Positions 51,359 through 64,000 of a DNA stretch of 64,000 nt are shown piece by piece. The stretch is taken from the NCBI RefSeq assembly GCF_009914755.1, contig NC_060939.1; one strand, given 5' to 3'. This DNA comes from the human T2T-CHM13v2.0 reference genome, Homo sapiens. Position 1 is the first letter of the stretch. Every line of letters starts with the position of its first letter. Below the pieces are notes generated by a model, which was not told the origin of the DNA, searched no databases, and worked only from the letters and a program-made list of their open reading frames with translations. The translations under genes and the position numbers were made by a program.

Positions 51359-53560
51359 GAGGGAACTGTGTCTTACTCCCTGTGTCTAGCGCATTGGCTG
51401 TGTGCCCATAGTGCCTCTAGGCCTGGGGATATGCCCTTGTCAAGCAGAACAACAGCAAACACTTTACTGGAGATGGGGCCCTGCACACACTGTGGCTTCC
51501 CTGTTCTCCCAGAACCTGGGATCCTGCAGATACCCCTAAGAAGAGTCCAGGCTCCCCCAGGAGGGTCAGCCACAGCCCAGCCCCACCGAGTTGGTGCAGC
51601 CTGCACTGAACTGCTGACCTGTGGAGAGGGTCACAGCAGACCCACAGCCCAGCCAGCCCCACTCCCAGAGGCACATCAAGGAAGGGGGCAGAACCCTTGG
51701 GACTCTTGATGGGCATCTTTTCAGGAGCAGACACAGGAACTGTTCCAGGAACAGGGGACCTGGGAAGGTCAGTAGCTGGTCAGGGTTTCTGAGGACGAGT
51801 GTCAGTGATGGGACCAGCCTGTCCCTTCTCATATGGGATGTCTCTCCTGGGGATCCTGTACTGTCTTATTTGTGCAGGTCCACTCTGTGGGACTTGTCTT
51901 TATAAATCTCAAATCTCAGGAACAGGAGAGCTGTGCTTCAAAAGCCCCCATAGAGAAGACACATTCCCATCCTGCTGTGATTGAAACAGCTCCATCCTGG
52001 GCATGGGGAGGGCTCATGTGTCCCACCTGGGATGAGAAGCAGCAGCCACACGTGAGCTGAGGAGGACCCAAGGCTGCTTCCCAGCACTTCCCCACAGAGT
52101 GAAATGTGTCTGTTTGCCCCAAATCCAAGCTGGTCCTGTGACTTGCTTCTTTCAAATTTCTTGGCCTGGAAAGTGCAGGCACCAGCTGTCAATGTCACCA
52201 CTATTGTGACACTGTACACAGAACCAGGGAAGCATCCCAGGGATGGGGCTGAGGACAGACACTAGCTAAGTGGACCCATTGAAAACATGCAGATCTGCTG
52301 GGGTTCACACTCCTGGAAGGACAGATCTTGGAGGGTTTGGAGGAGGAAGGCGCCACTGTCGGTGACTCAGGAGCTGCTGCTCTGCGGGTCACCTCGTTGG
52401 CAAGTAACAGTGGGTAGGTGAGTGTGGTTCATCCCCTACAGGGACAGCCCCTCTTCACCAGGAAAGAAAGTGGCTTTGTTCATACTGGTTTCCCCGGCCG
52501 TCTGGTCATCCTCTCTTCCTGACCTTCTTCCCATGGCCCTCAGGGCTGTGAAACATGGACAAAGACACTTTCTACTCCAACCGTTGATTACCCAGGTCAG
52601 CTCCCTCTAGAAAAGCCATGATGCCTTCCTGGTTCTGTGTGCCTGGCTGAACCAGAATGGACACACATGGATATACCAAAGTGTCAAAGTGGAGGAGAGG
52701 AATCTTGGCAAATATCACACAGGAAAGAGAAAGGAATTCGTTTGTATGCAATGAGAGGGTGCAGGGCATGTCTGGAGGCTGCAGGAGCCAGAAGCTTCAT
52801 ATTTTTTTAGTGACCTCGGTTTTGTCTCCCCTGTTGTTGTGAGGCTTCCCTGAGTTCTCCTCCTCAGATAGACTCTGTGCCTTTTCACACAATGACCTGT
52901 AGGAGATGTTTACACCAAACAAGAAGCCTCAAACATGGTTTATATTCTGATCTAAATTTTCGAAGGATAAACTCAAGACAGATTCAAAGAAGTGATTATA
53001 AAGTATCAGTATGTAGCACTTGGTTGAGAAAACCTTAAACTCATATTATTTTTATGAACCACATGCATAACAAAACTTTGTCCAATTCCTCCACTTTATC
53101 AGAGACTGCCTGCAGGATGAATTTCAATGCCATCTAATTTAGAGTAGGAGCAAAACTTAAAATCCTCTATAGGTCTGAGTGCCACTAACAACCAAAAAAA
53201 ATTTCGACCATTATGAAGTTTTAAGAGATGCCACAATGACAGCCTGGGTTGATAGGTGATGGCATTTTCCCTGAGCATATTCTGTGAAGAGTGATTATGG
53301 TAGCTTTTCCTTCTAATGAGGAGAAAGCAACAGAGAAAGTAAAAAAAAATAATAATAATAATCACGAAACAGAAAAAAGTGGCCCAAATTGTTTAACAAA
53401 AAAAAAGCACTAGAAACTGACACAAATTTAAAGGAGATATATTGATTACCTAGCAGAAAATTCAAAGTAAACCTTATAAATATGTTCACTGAGCTAGGGG
53501 AAGAATGCACGAACAACATGAAAGTATTAACAGGGACAAAAAAGGGAGAGAGATGAGATA

Positions 53561-54220
<660 letters not shown>

Positions 54221-55749
54221 TTCAAGTTGCTGAAAAAAAAAAAGCCAAAAAACTTCCAAATAAATATCTTACAGGGATTAAAGCTTTTCTTCAGTAATGC
54301 AGGATGTTTGAGAAGTTTCCCAAAAAAGTAAAAAGTCGACAAGTTCATCACCACTAGGCCGGCCTTACAGGAATGCCAAGTGTCTCTGGCAGGTTTCCTG
54401 AACAAGGAAGTAGCTGCATCAGCTCCACTCTGTTATCTGCCAATTGATAGATTTGCATAGTTTTTAATTTTAATTTCTCTTCCGTTTTTTCCCTCCATAA
54501 ACTCCTTCTCCCTTCCTTTCATAATTCTGTCTATTAATGCAACTCATATTTAGCTGACAATGCTGGGGTCATTGGAATAAATTTCTATTTTTCCTCCACC
54601 AATTCTAATAAGCTGTCTCCAGGGGTGTCCATCTCCGTTTTCTTTTCTGCCATTCCCATGGGATAATTTCCTTGTTCCTATGTGAGTCCAGCCCTCATCA
54701 CCACGGGCCATCCAACCATCATGCACCCAGGAACAGCTTCAGGAAATGTACCCTGCCAGCTGCCTATCAGCCTCCACCTGCACAGTGATCATTCCTTCAG
54801 CTTTCACTCAGGCCGGAGGGCTTTCCACCCAAAAGGGCCTTTCACACCCACTCCCAGCACAGTTCTAGGACCCTGTATACCTCCCAGATACAGGTACATA
54901 TCCTTCCCCTTTGTTGTTAATTTTGTTTAATTTATTTAAAATTCACTGGGAAATCACTGATGATGGGAGTGACCAGCCTGTCCATTCCATTTTCTGTCCA
55001 CCATCTGACGGCACCACCTGTGAGGTTGGCCACCCTAGTGTGCTGTGCTCATGGGGCCATCTGGACATACACAAACACCAGGTGTGTGAGTTATTAGAGG
55101 AGGCCCGGGATCAGCAGGTGGCTGTGCCCCACAGGACACAGGTCTGTCCTGCAGTAGAGCCCGCATGACCTGGAATCATACGTGTGCATGACCCGTGGTC
55201 TCAGCACATCAGCTGAGGCCAGCTTCAGGCAATTCCTGTGTAACCTGCCCTGGGCGCCCACAGAGGACAGATGCATGACAAGGATGTAAGGGAATGCTGC
55301 GGATTAGGGGAACTGAAGCTCAATCTTTACTGAGGCTTTACTCGGCACCTGGACCTTATGGAAGACTAAGAAGAAGAGAACAAGAGTCCAGCCCCAAATA
55401 GCTCCTGGTTTAGGGTCAGCTTTAGTGGGATTTTAGAGAGTAGAAGACACAGGGGTGATGCTGGAGTGGTTTTCTTTGGGATACTTGGGGCAGCAGAAGG
55501 TGGGCCGGGATCAGGACTCCATCTGGCTGGTTCTCATTATCTACATGGATTCTCATAGTGGAAAGTGAGAGACATGACCTAGAACACAGCCCCCAGGGCT
55601 GATCTCAGAGACGCCTGCTAAGTGAATGACTCAGCAGAAATGTGGTGGGGTTTTCATCTTGGATCTATTCTTCTTTATAAAAATAATCTGAGAGATGTGT
55701 CCAGCCTCAGTGGGCTGTTTCTCCCTCCAGGAGACAGAGCTAACACAAT

Positions 55750-56155
55750 TGTATCTGTGAATCCGCTTGGCTTTCCATCAGAAGATACCACAGACTAGCT
55801 TGTTTCAAATAACAAATATTAATTTTCTTATTGTTCTGGAGTCTTGATGTCCAAGATCTGGGTGCAGAAAGGGATAGTATTTTGTTTTTTGAGAGGCCTC
55901 TTCCAGGCTTGCAAAGGGCCACCTTCTCATGCAGTGCATCCCCACATGGCCTCTCCTCTGTGTGCATGTGGAGAGAGAGGTCTCTGATGTCTTCCACTTC
56001 CCATAAGGACAAGAGTCCTACTGGATTAGGGTCCCACATTTATGGCCACAGTTAACTTATTTGCCCTCTTAAAATCCCTCACTCCAAATACAGAGCCACT
56101 GGGATTGGGGTTTCAGCATATGAATTTAAGAGAAGGACACGATGCAGCCAATGAC
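55750..56155 (-). mobile_element. MaLR LTR (MLT1-like)
   Basis: gataccacagactagcttg...gatgtccaagatc...ctggattagggtcccac...gggtttcagcatatgaattt. Confidence 0.8.
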
Positions 56156-56265
56156 GTCAATCAAGGGATAGTGAGAAGCCTTGAAATATTTTATTTGTCA
56201 AGAAGGTAAAATGGGCCTTGTGGGAATTTGTTGAAAAAAAGGTGCCAGTGACTGTTAAAACCTTA

Positions 56266-56993
<728 letters not shown>

Positions 56994-57052
56994 GTTCTTG
57001 TGCAGGAGGTCCATGAGTCTCAGAAAGTATTTCCCATGTGAGCTGGACCCTG

Positions 57053-57106
57053 AATTTAAGGAAATGTGTGGTGGTTTCCTGTGGGTGCCTAAGCGAGGAT
57101 TTGCAT
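57053..57106 (-). promoter_or_regulatory. VH4 promoter: octamer and TATA-like box
   Basis: ATGCAAAT (57099-57106) and TTAAAT (57054-57059) on the minus strand. Confidence 0.88.
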
Positions 57107-57427
57107 GTAGGTAGTGCCTTTGTATAAAGAGGTGAAAAGGGATGAGGGAGGCCCCAGTCTTTTAGGCTCACCCTGGGATGAGGATGCTTGCTTTGCCCTT
57201 TGAGAACTCAGTTCTCTTCCTGGGGCCTCAACTAGCCATGTCCTGGCTCCTCTTTTCCCAGGTGAGGAAGTAGATTGGAACAGCAGCTTAACGTAATAAT
57301 CATGTGAGTTCAGACACACCAGGATTCACTTAATGTAATTTATAGTTCAGGACATCCATCATGTTTAGAGGGAATCTCTCTGTTCTAGGGAGTGGGCCAC
57401 TTTTTAAAAGTGTTTAAATTAAAATAA

Positions 57428-57713
<286 letters not shown>

Positions 57714-60700
57714 TAAGGCACTGGGAGCTGCCCTCTGAGACCTTTTGAGTCCTGGAATTCTTTCTGAGACCTTAGGAGAGACTCGTGGGACATATCTTCA
57801 TCATTCTCAATGTGTGACCCTGAGGATGTGGCCTGACCTCTGTACACTTCTGTGTGAAAGAGTAGATTGTGAATTGCAGTGACAATTTCATATGTAAACT
57901 CTATAATAGGCCAGCACTGGAGGATATTCTCATCACCAAGATTACTGCAGTTACCTTTCCTGGAAACCAGAGAGGAACTCTGTGAGCCCTCACCTCTGAG
58001 TGCACAAGGAACCCTGGTCCTGACTGACAGGTCTCACATGCGACATGGGGGAAAACAAATACATTCAAATCCAGTGTTTTCACCCATATATTGACCAATC
58101 TAGCCTGATCTATCTGTCTCTGAAAAGCCTTTTCCTTCATTGAATTGCATGAACATACCCTTGGGTATGGGGTATTGCAATGTGGGTATTTGGTGTTTGT
58201 TTAGTCAATTATGTAATTAATAGGCTACCTCCATGAATGTGTGTAGCAGTAGAGTTATCAGAAGTTGGGTGAGTCATATTATCAGGACAAACCTGGACTC
58301 TCTTCTTGGGACCTGGACAAGTGGCCAATCTTCTGTGGTAAAGCAAAGGGGAAGAGACAGATCCAACATCTAGAAGCAGGGTAGCTCCTCACTTACCAGC
58401 TGGTGTCTGGGCCTTTTGTTTGAACAGACCAAAACGACCTACCTTCACCTTCAGGGAAATGATGAACTTCGTATGAAATTGAGATTAATTTTCACTTACA
58501 GAGAAGAAAATGTCATAGGCATGTATATATCTATGTGGGTGTGTACGGGTTTCCAGGATGTGCTCATACACAGAAAGGAAGCAACTATATTTGCCGGGAA
58601 GAGAACCGAAGGGCTTCTGAATTTGTAGGTGTTGTTAAGCACAAATGTGTCATGTTACTACATCATGTTATAGAGCTGGCGGTAAAACCTCCCAAAATTG
58701 TCATGGAGACAAATGCAAAGAAATAAAGATTCAAATCAGATGCCTTTGATCTGTAATGAACAGACCAAGAGAAATCAACCATTATGGAAAGAGTGATAGT
58801 TAAATGTAGTAGTAAATTCCACGCTGAGGTGAGAGGGAAGTTCCATCTGACAGCTCACTTTCACCTCTGCGAAAACTTCAGAGCACAGACTAAGAGCAGA
58901 CAGTGAACTTAGGGCAAGTGGGGGCCAGATGTTTGAGGAGGCTAGAGAGTGAGCTGGAATCCTTGTGAGCCATTCGGAGAAGCAGCAGTGTGCAAGGGTG
59001 TATTGAGTCCTCCTGAGTTAACAGATGCTGAATAGATACCAGTTTCACTGCCCTCATTTTGATTTATCCTCAAGACTCTATTGGATTTCTAGATTTGAAC
59101 ACTGGAAAAGCTGATGAAACTCAACATGACTAGGAATATTTCTGGGAAGATTTATGTAATGATGTGAGTGTATTTAAAATTAGGTTATGAAAATTTCATT
59201 ATCTAAAATGTTGGTATCAGTATCTATTAATTTGTTCTTTTTTTCTTAGAGACAGGGTCTTGCTCTGTCTCTCAGGCTGGAATGCAGTGTCATCTATGAA
59301 TTTTATAGTATTAAAAATGATCACCCTGATTAATGTTACCATATTATGCCCTTGAGGGATTTTGCTCCATGTGTGCCTGTGACATAGTTCTAGTCACAGA
59401 TGCAGGAGAAGTGGTCTGTTGAGGCAATTCTTCCTCCTCAGAGGAGAATATAAACTGTCATCTCCTCACCTTGCTTATTCCATTTTCAGAATTGCACATG
59501 ACCTTTGGGAATGCTGTCACCATGTCTTACAGGGTGGGAGTCGACTGTGGTATGAAGGTGGAATGGAGAAGTGTAATTTTGGGAAAATACAGAACCTGGG
59601 CAGATAAAGTTTTGAATTAATTGGGCCTGGAGCCACTCACATCCTGGTGTCTTGTTGAATTGTTTGTCATTTTAAATTCTGGTTATTTAGTTCAAGTTTC
59701 CTTGATTCTCTTTCTGCTAAAATAGTCATTCATAATCATCTAAATAAACTGGAAAAAAATTACTAATTTGAAAATTAACCTCATTTCTGCTAAGGTCAAA
59801 ATCAGTTTGCGATGCACAGAGTGATGGGCATGGACATAGCAGATTACCAAGATTGCATTCACAGCCTAGGTAATCACTATGTTTTATTTTAATTAGGAAA
59901 CACTTCTGTACATTCCTTATATTTATTAAACTCCTGTTGAGAAACTTCAACTGTTATATGTTGATAGATCCTCCCAATAATAAAACTAAATGTTTTAAAA
60001 CAGGAATTCCTATTACAATGTTAGCTTTACTTTAGGACACATTTCTTCACCTCATTTGAAATTCGCCCAGATGCACTGATTACAGTGTGTCAGTTAAGAA
60101 ACGACCAGGAAATGAGATCACGTTTCTGGAGCAGGACATGGCTTTGGGATGCTTTGCAAACAAAGTGGTTTCTCATGTCTTCTTGAAAATCCATTGAAAT
60201 GGGGAAGTTAAGGACCTCTTAGAAGCACTCTTCCACCCCATATACTTGACTAATAAAAAGGTGGAAGTCAGTGCAGAAAAATAGATAACATGAAAGCTAA
60301 AGTAAGATTTGTACCAGTTCGTTGTGCCAAACATGTAATCTTAACCTAGAGTGGGATCTTAGCTGAACCCTCAGGAGGTAAATTTCCTGAGAGATTCAAA
60401 GATGTCTTTACAAAATAACAACACTTAGCCCCCGATTTTAAGTTAAAATAATGGAAAACTCCTGGTAATCTACTTCACTTAGTGTAAATCAGTTAAAAAC
60501 AAAATTCTGGAAAACCTGTGAAGGTGGGACTTGCCGAGGAACTGAGCCTTGGGGGCCTTTGGACACTTTTAGTAGGATTTTCTTCAGCTTTGACTCTCCA
60601 TGGAATTTGAACAAGTTTCATTTACTGTCTACTGTTTCTCTGAATGACTTGAAGTAATTACTTGACAAAAGCCTACAGCCTTCTCAGTTGATAAACATGT

Positions 60701-60924
60701 TTTATGTTTTCAACCTGTGACATGCCGATGTTTTCATCAGGTAACTGAAGCACAGCCACTACAGGAAGCAATTGTTATAAAGTGATTCTGTAAGGTATTT
60801 CCATTATCAAATGCTGAACCGCTATTACCAGCAACAATATTCTGCAAATGTTGAAAAAAATGGCATTGCTACATAGAATTAATCACAAATTTTAAAACAT
60901 TTTCTTATATTTATTGTTTAAATT

Positions 60925-63900
60925 CATAAGCATGGAATGTTTATTTTTCCATTTATTTGTTTTATCTCTGATTTTTTTCACCTGTGTTTTGCTGTTTTTC
61001 TAGTAGAAATATTTCATCTCATTGGCTTAGCTCTATTCCTAGGTATTCCACTGTCTTGGTGGCTATTGGGAGAGCAAGTTCTTGATTCCACTCTCAGCCA
61101 GAACGTTGTTGGTGACTAGAAATGTTACTGTGATTTTTGTACATTGATTTTATATCCTGAAACATTCCTAAACTAATGTATCAATACTAGGAGACTTTTG
61201 GCAGAGCCTTCAATATTTTCTACATATAGAATCATATTATCAGTGAAAACAGAGGGTTTGCATTCTTCTTTTTCTTTTATTTGGATGCCTTTTATTTCTT
61301 TCTCTTGCCTGATCTGGTGAATACTTCCAGTACTAGGCTGAATAGAAGTGGTGAGAGCGGGCATCCTTGTCTTGTTTCTGTTCTTAAGGAAAATGCTTCC
61401 AGTGTTTGCCCATTCAGTATGATGTTGGCTGTGGGTTTGTCATAGACGGCTCATCAGATTGAGGTGTGCTCCTTCAATGTCTATAATTTTGAGGGTTTTT
61501 ATCATGAAGCATTGTTAGATTTTATTGAAAGCTTTTTTTCCTGCATCTGCTGGGATACTCACATGGTTTTTGCTTTTGATTCTGTTTAGTAGAGCATCAC
61601 ATTTATTGCTTTGCATAGGTTAAAGCAGCCTTGCATCTGCAGAATGAAGCCTACTTGATTGCAGTGTGTTAACTTTTTGATAAACTACTGGATTTGATTT
61701 CCTACATTGAGAATTTTTAAGCCTATGATCATGAGAAGTATTTGTCTTGAGCTTTCATCTCTTATTGTGTCTCTGCCATATTTTGGTATAAGGCTGATGC
61801 TGGCTTCACAGATTTAGTTGAGAAGGAGCCTCTATGCCTTGATTTTCTTTGTGTAGCTTCAGTAGAATTGGCATCAGTTCTTTTTTGTATGTCGGGTAGA
61901 ATTCAGCTGTGAATTCTTCTTGTCCAGGTTTCTTTTTCTTGGTTGGGTCTTTATTATTGACTCAATTTTAGAAGTTGGTTTCACTGTATTTAGGGTTTCA
62001 ATCTCTCCCTGATTCAATATTGGGAGATTTTGTGCTTCCCAAAATTTACTCATTTCCTCCAGATTCTCTAACACGTGTGCATAAAGTTTATAGTAGTCTG
62101 AGAATTTGTGCATTCTTCTGGGATCAGTTGTAATATCCCCTTTGTCACTTTTGATTGTACTTATTTGGATCTTCTTTTTCTTTATCTTTCTAAATCCAGA
62201 CAGGTGTCTATCAGTCAATCTTTATTTTACAAAGAAGAAACTCTTGGGCTTATTGATATTTTGTATGCATTTTTGTATCTGAATTTCATTCAGTTCTTCT
62301 CTAATTTTCCTTTTCTGTGCTAGCTTTGAGATTATTTTAGTTCCTTTAGGTGCAAGGTTAAGATTACTAATTTGAGAACTTTCTAACTCCTTGATGAAGT
62401 CATTTATGACTATCAACTTTTATGGTGCCCAAATAAATTACCAGATTCAATGCTATTACTATAAAACTACCAACATTATTTTTAAAGCATTAGAAAAAAA
62501 ACTTTTAAAATTTATGTGGAATCAAAAAAAGAGTTTTAAAAACAAAAGCAATCTTAAGTAACAAGAATACATTCAAAGGTATCCCACTAGAAGACATCAA
62601 ATTATGCTACAAAGCCACAGGAACCAAAATAGCTTGGTACTTATACAAAAAGAGACACATAGACGAGTGAAAGGGAATAGAGAATTCTGAAATAAAGCTG
62701 CACACCTACAACCATCAGATCTTACACCAAGACACTAAAAACATGCAATGAGGAAATGTATCACTATTCAATAAATCGTGCTGGGATAACTGGCTAGCCA
62801 TATGCAGAAGATGGAAGCTAGATGTCTACCTTTCACCATTAACAAAAATCAACAAAAAATGGAGTAAAGATTTAAGTATAAGACCTCAAACTATAAAAAT
62901 CTTGGAATACAACCTAAGAAATACTCATCTAAAAATTGTTTTGGGCAAGAAAATTTTGGCAAAGTCCCCAAGAGCAGTTGCAACAAATCAAAATTCTGTC
63001 TGTGGCACCTTATAAAACTAAGGAGCTTCTACAGAGCCAAGAAACTATCAAGAGAGTAAGCAGAGATCCTACAGAATGGGGGAGGCTATTCACAAACTAT
63101 GCATTTGATGAAGGTCCAATATCCAGATTCTATAAGAAATGTAAATCAACAAGCAAAAATAATAATAATAATCACATTTTAAAAATAGGCAAATGACATG
63201 AGCATAAACTTCTCAAAAATACATAAAGTGGCCAGGACATATGAAAAAACGTTTAACGTCACTAATCATCAGAGAAATGCCAATCAATCAAAACCACAAT
63301 GAGATGCTGTCTCACACCAGTCAAAATCAGTATTACTAAAAATTAAAAAAAAAACAAAACAGATGCTGGTGAGGCTACGGAGAACAGGAAACGCTTGTAC
63401 AGTGCTGGGTGGAATGTGAATTAGTCCAAGCACTGTGGAAAGCAGTCTGGAGAGAGGCTGCGGAGAACAGGAAACACTTGTACAGTGTTGGGTGGAATGT
63501 GAATTAGTCCAAGTACTGTGGAAAGCAGTCTGGAGTGAGGCTGCAGAGAACAGGAGACACTTGTACAGTGTTGGGTGGAATGTGTATTAGTCCAAGCACG
63601 GTGGCAAGCAGTCTGGAGTGAGGCTGCGGAGAACAGGAAACACTTGTACAGTGTTGGGTGGAATGTGAATTAGTCCAAGCACTGTGGAAAGCAGTCTGGA
63701 GATTTGAAAAGTATTTGAAGCAGAGCTGCCACTTGGTCCAGCCATCTCATATGTGGGTATATACACAAAAGAAAATAAATCAGTCTACCAAAAAATACAC
63801 CCACTTACATGTTCATTGCTATGTTACTCTTAATACTTAAGACATAAATCCAACCTATGTGTCCATTAATGGTGAATTTGATCAAGAAAATATGGTACAT

Positions 63901-64000
63901 TTACACCATGGAACACTATGCATTCATAGAAAAAGAATAAAATCATGTCTTTTGTGGCAACATGGATGCAGCGGGAAGTCAACATTCTAAGAAAGAGATG
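60925..64000 (+). mobile_element. L1 (older L1PA/L1PB-like) with an inverted 5' segment (~60925-62420 antisense; ~62425-64000 sense); runs off the window
   Basis: Antisense ORF2 peptides (IQISTIKSDKGDITTDP; [11 protein letters not shown]...FTDNMILY). The sense part starts tgcccaaataaattaccagattcaatgctatt and runs to ORF2 C-terminal sequence. Confidence 0.88.
63371..63702. repeat. 4 x 83-bp tandem repeat inside L1 ORF2
   Basis: Units start at 63371, 63454, 63537 and 63620: gaggctgcggagaacaggaaacacttgtacagtgttgggtggaatgtgaattagtccaagcactgtggaaagcagtctggag(a/t). Confidence 0.96.

Noticed and set aside
51488-51630. Possible V exon relic (ctctccacag acceptor-like sequence and a CACAGTG)
   Set aside because: No nonamer at 12 or 23 nt, too short, and framework motifs are unconvincing.

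Overview
Human (primate) genomic DNA, not microbial: an immunoglobulin heavy-chain V 'orphon' cluster in repeat-rich segmental-duplication sequence. The V proteins, their spacing and the flanking RPS8 retrocopy match what I recall for 15q11.2 (RPS8P10, IGHV1/OR15-1, IGHV1/OR15-3, IGHV4/OR15-8), a paralog of the D-proximal chr14 block IGHV1-2 / IGHV(III)-2-1 / IGHV1-3 / IGHV4-4. That placement is recognition from memory, not an alignment. Directly visible: two structurally intact V segments, one V with a premature stop, a clan III pseudogene, an oppositely oriented clan II pseudogene, several very decayed V relics, an RPS8 retrocopy with a full ORF, and many L1, Alu, MaLR, ERVL and Tigger remnants. 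I found no evidence of a new protein-coding system, and most ORFs in the track are repeat artefacts. The most interesting structure is non-coding: a ~1.4 kb minisatellite made of CTCF consensus motifs next to an RSS, a 37-bp double-E-box VNTR with dimeric higher-order structure, V relics upstream of both IGHV1 promoters, a fold-back templated insertion at an L1 junction, and a candidate duplication breakpoint near 7.07 kb. Boundaries of old repeats are approximate.
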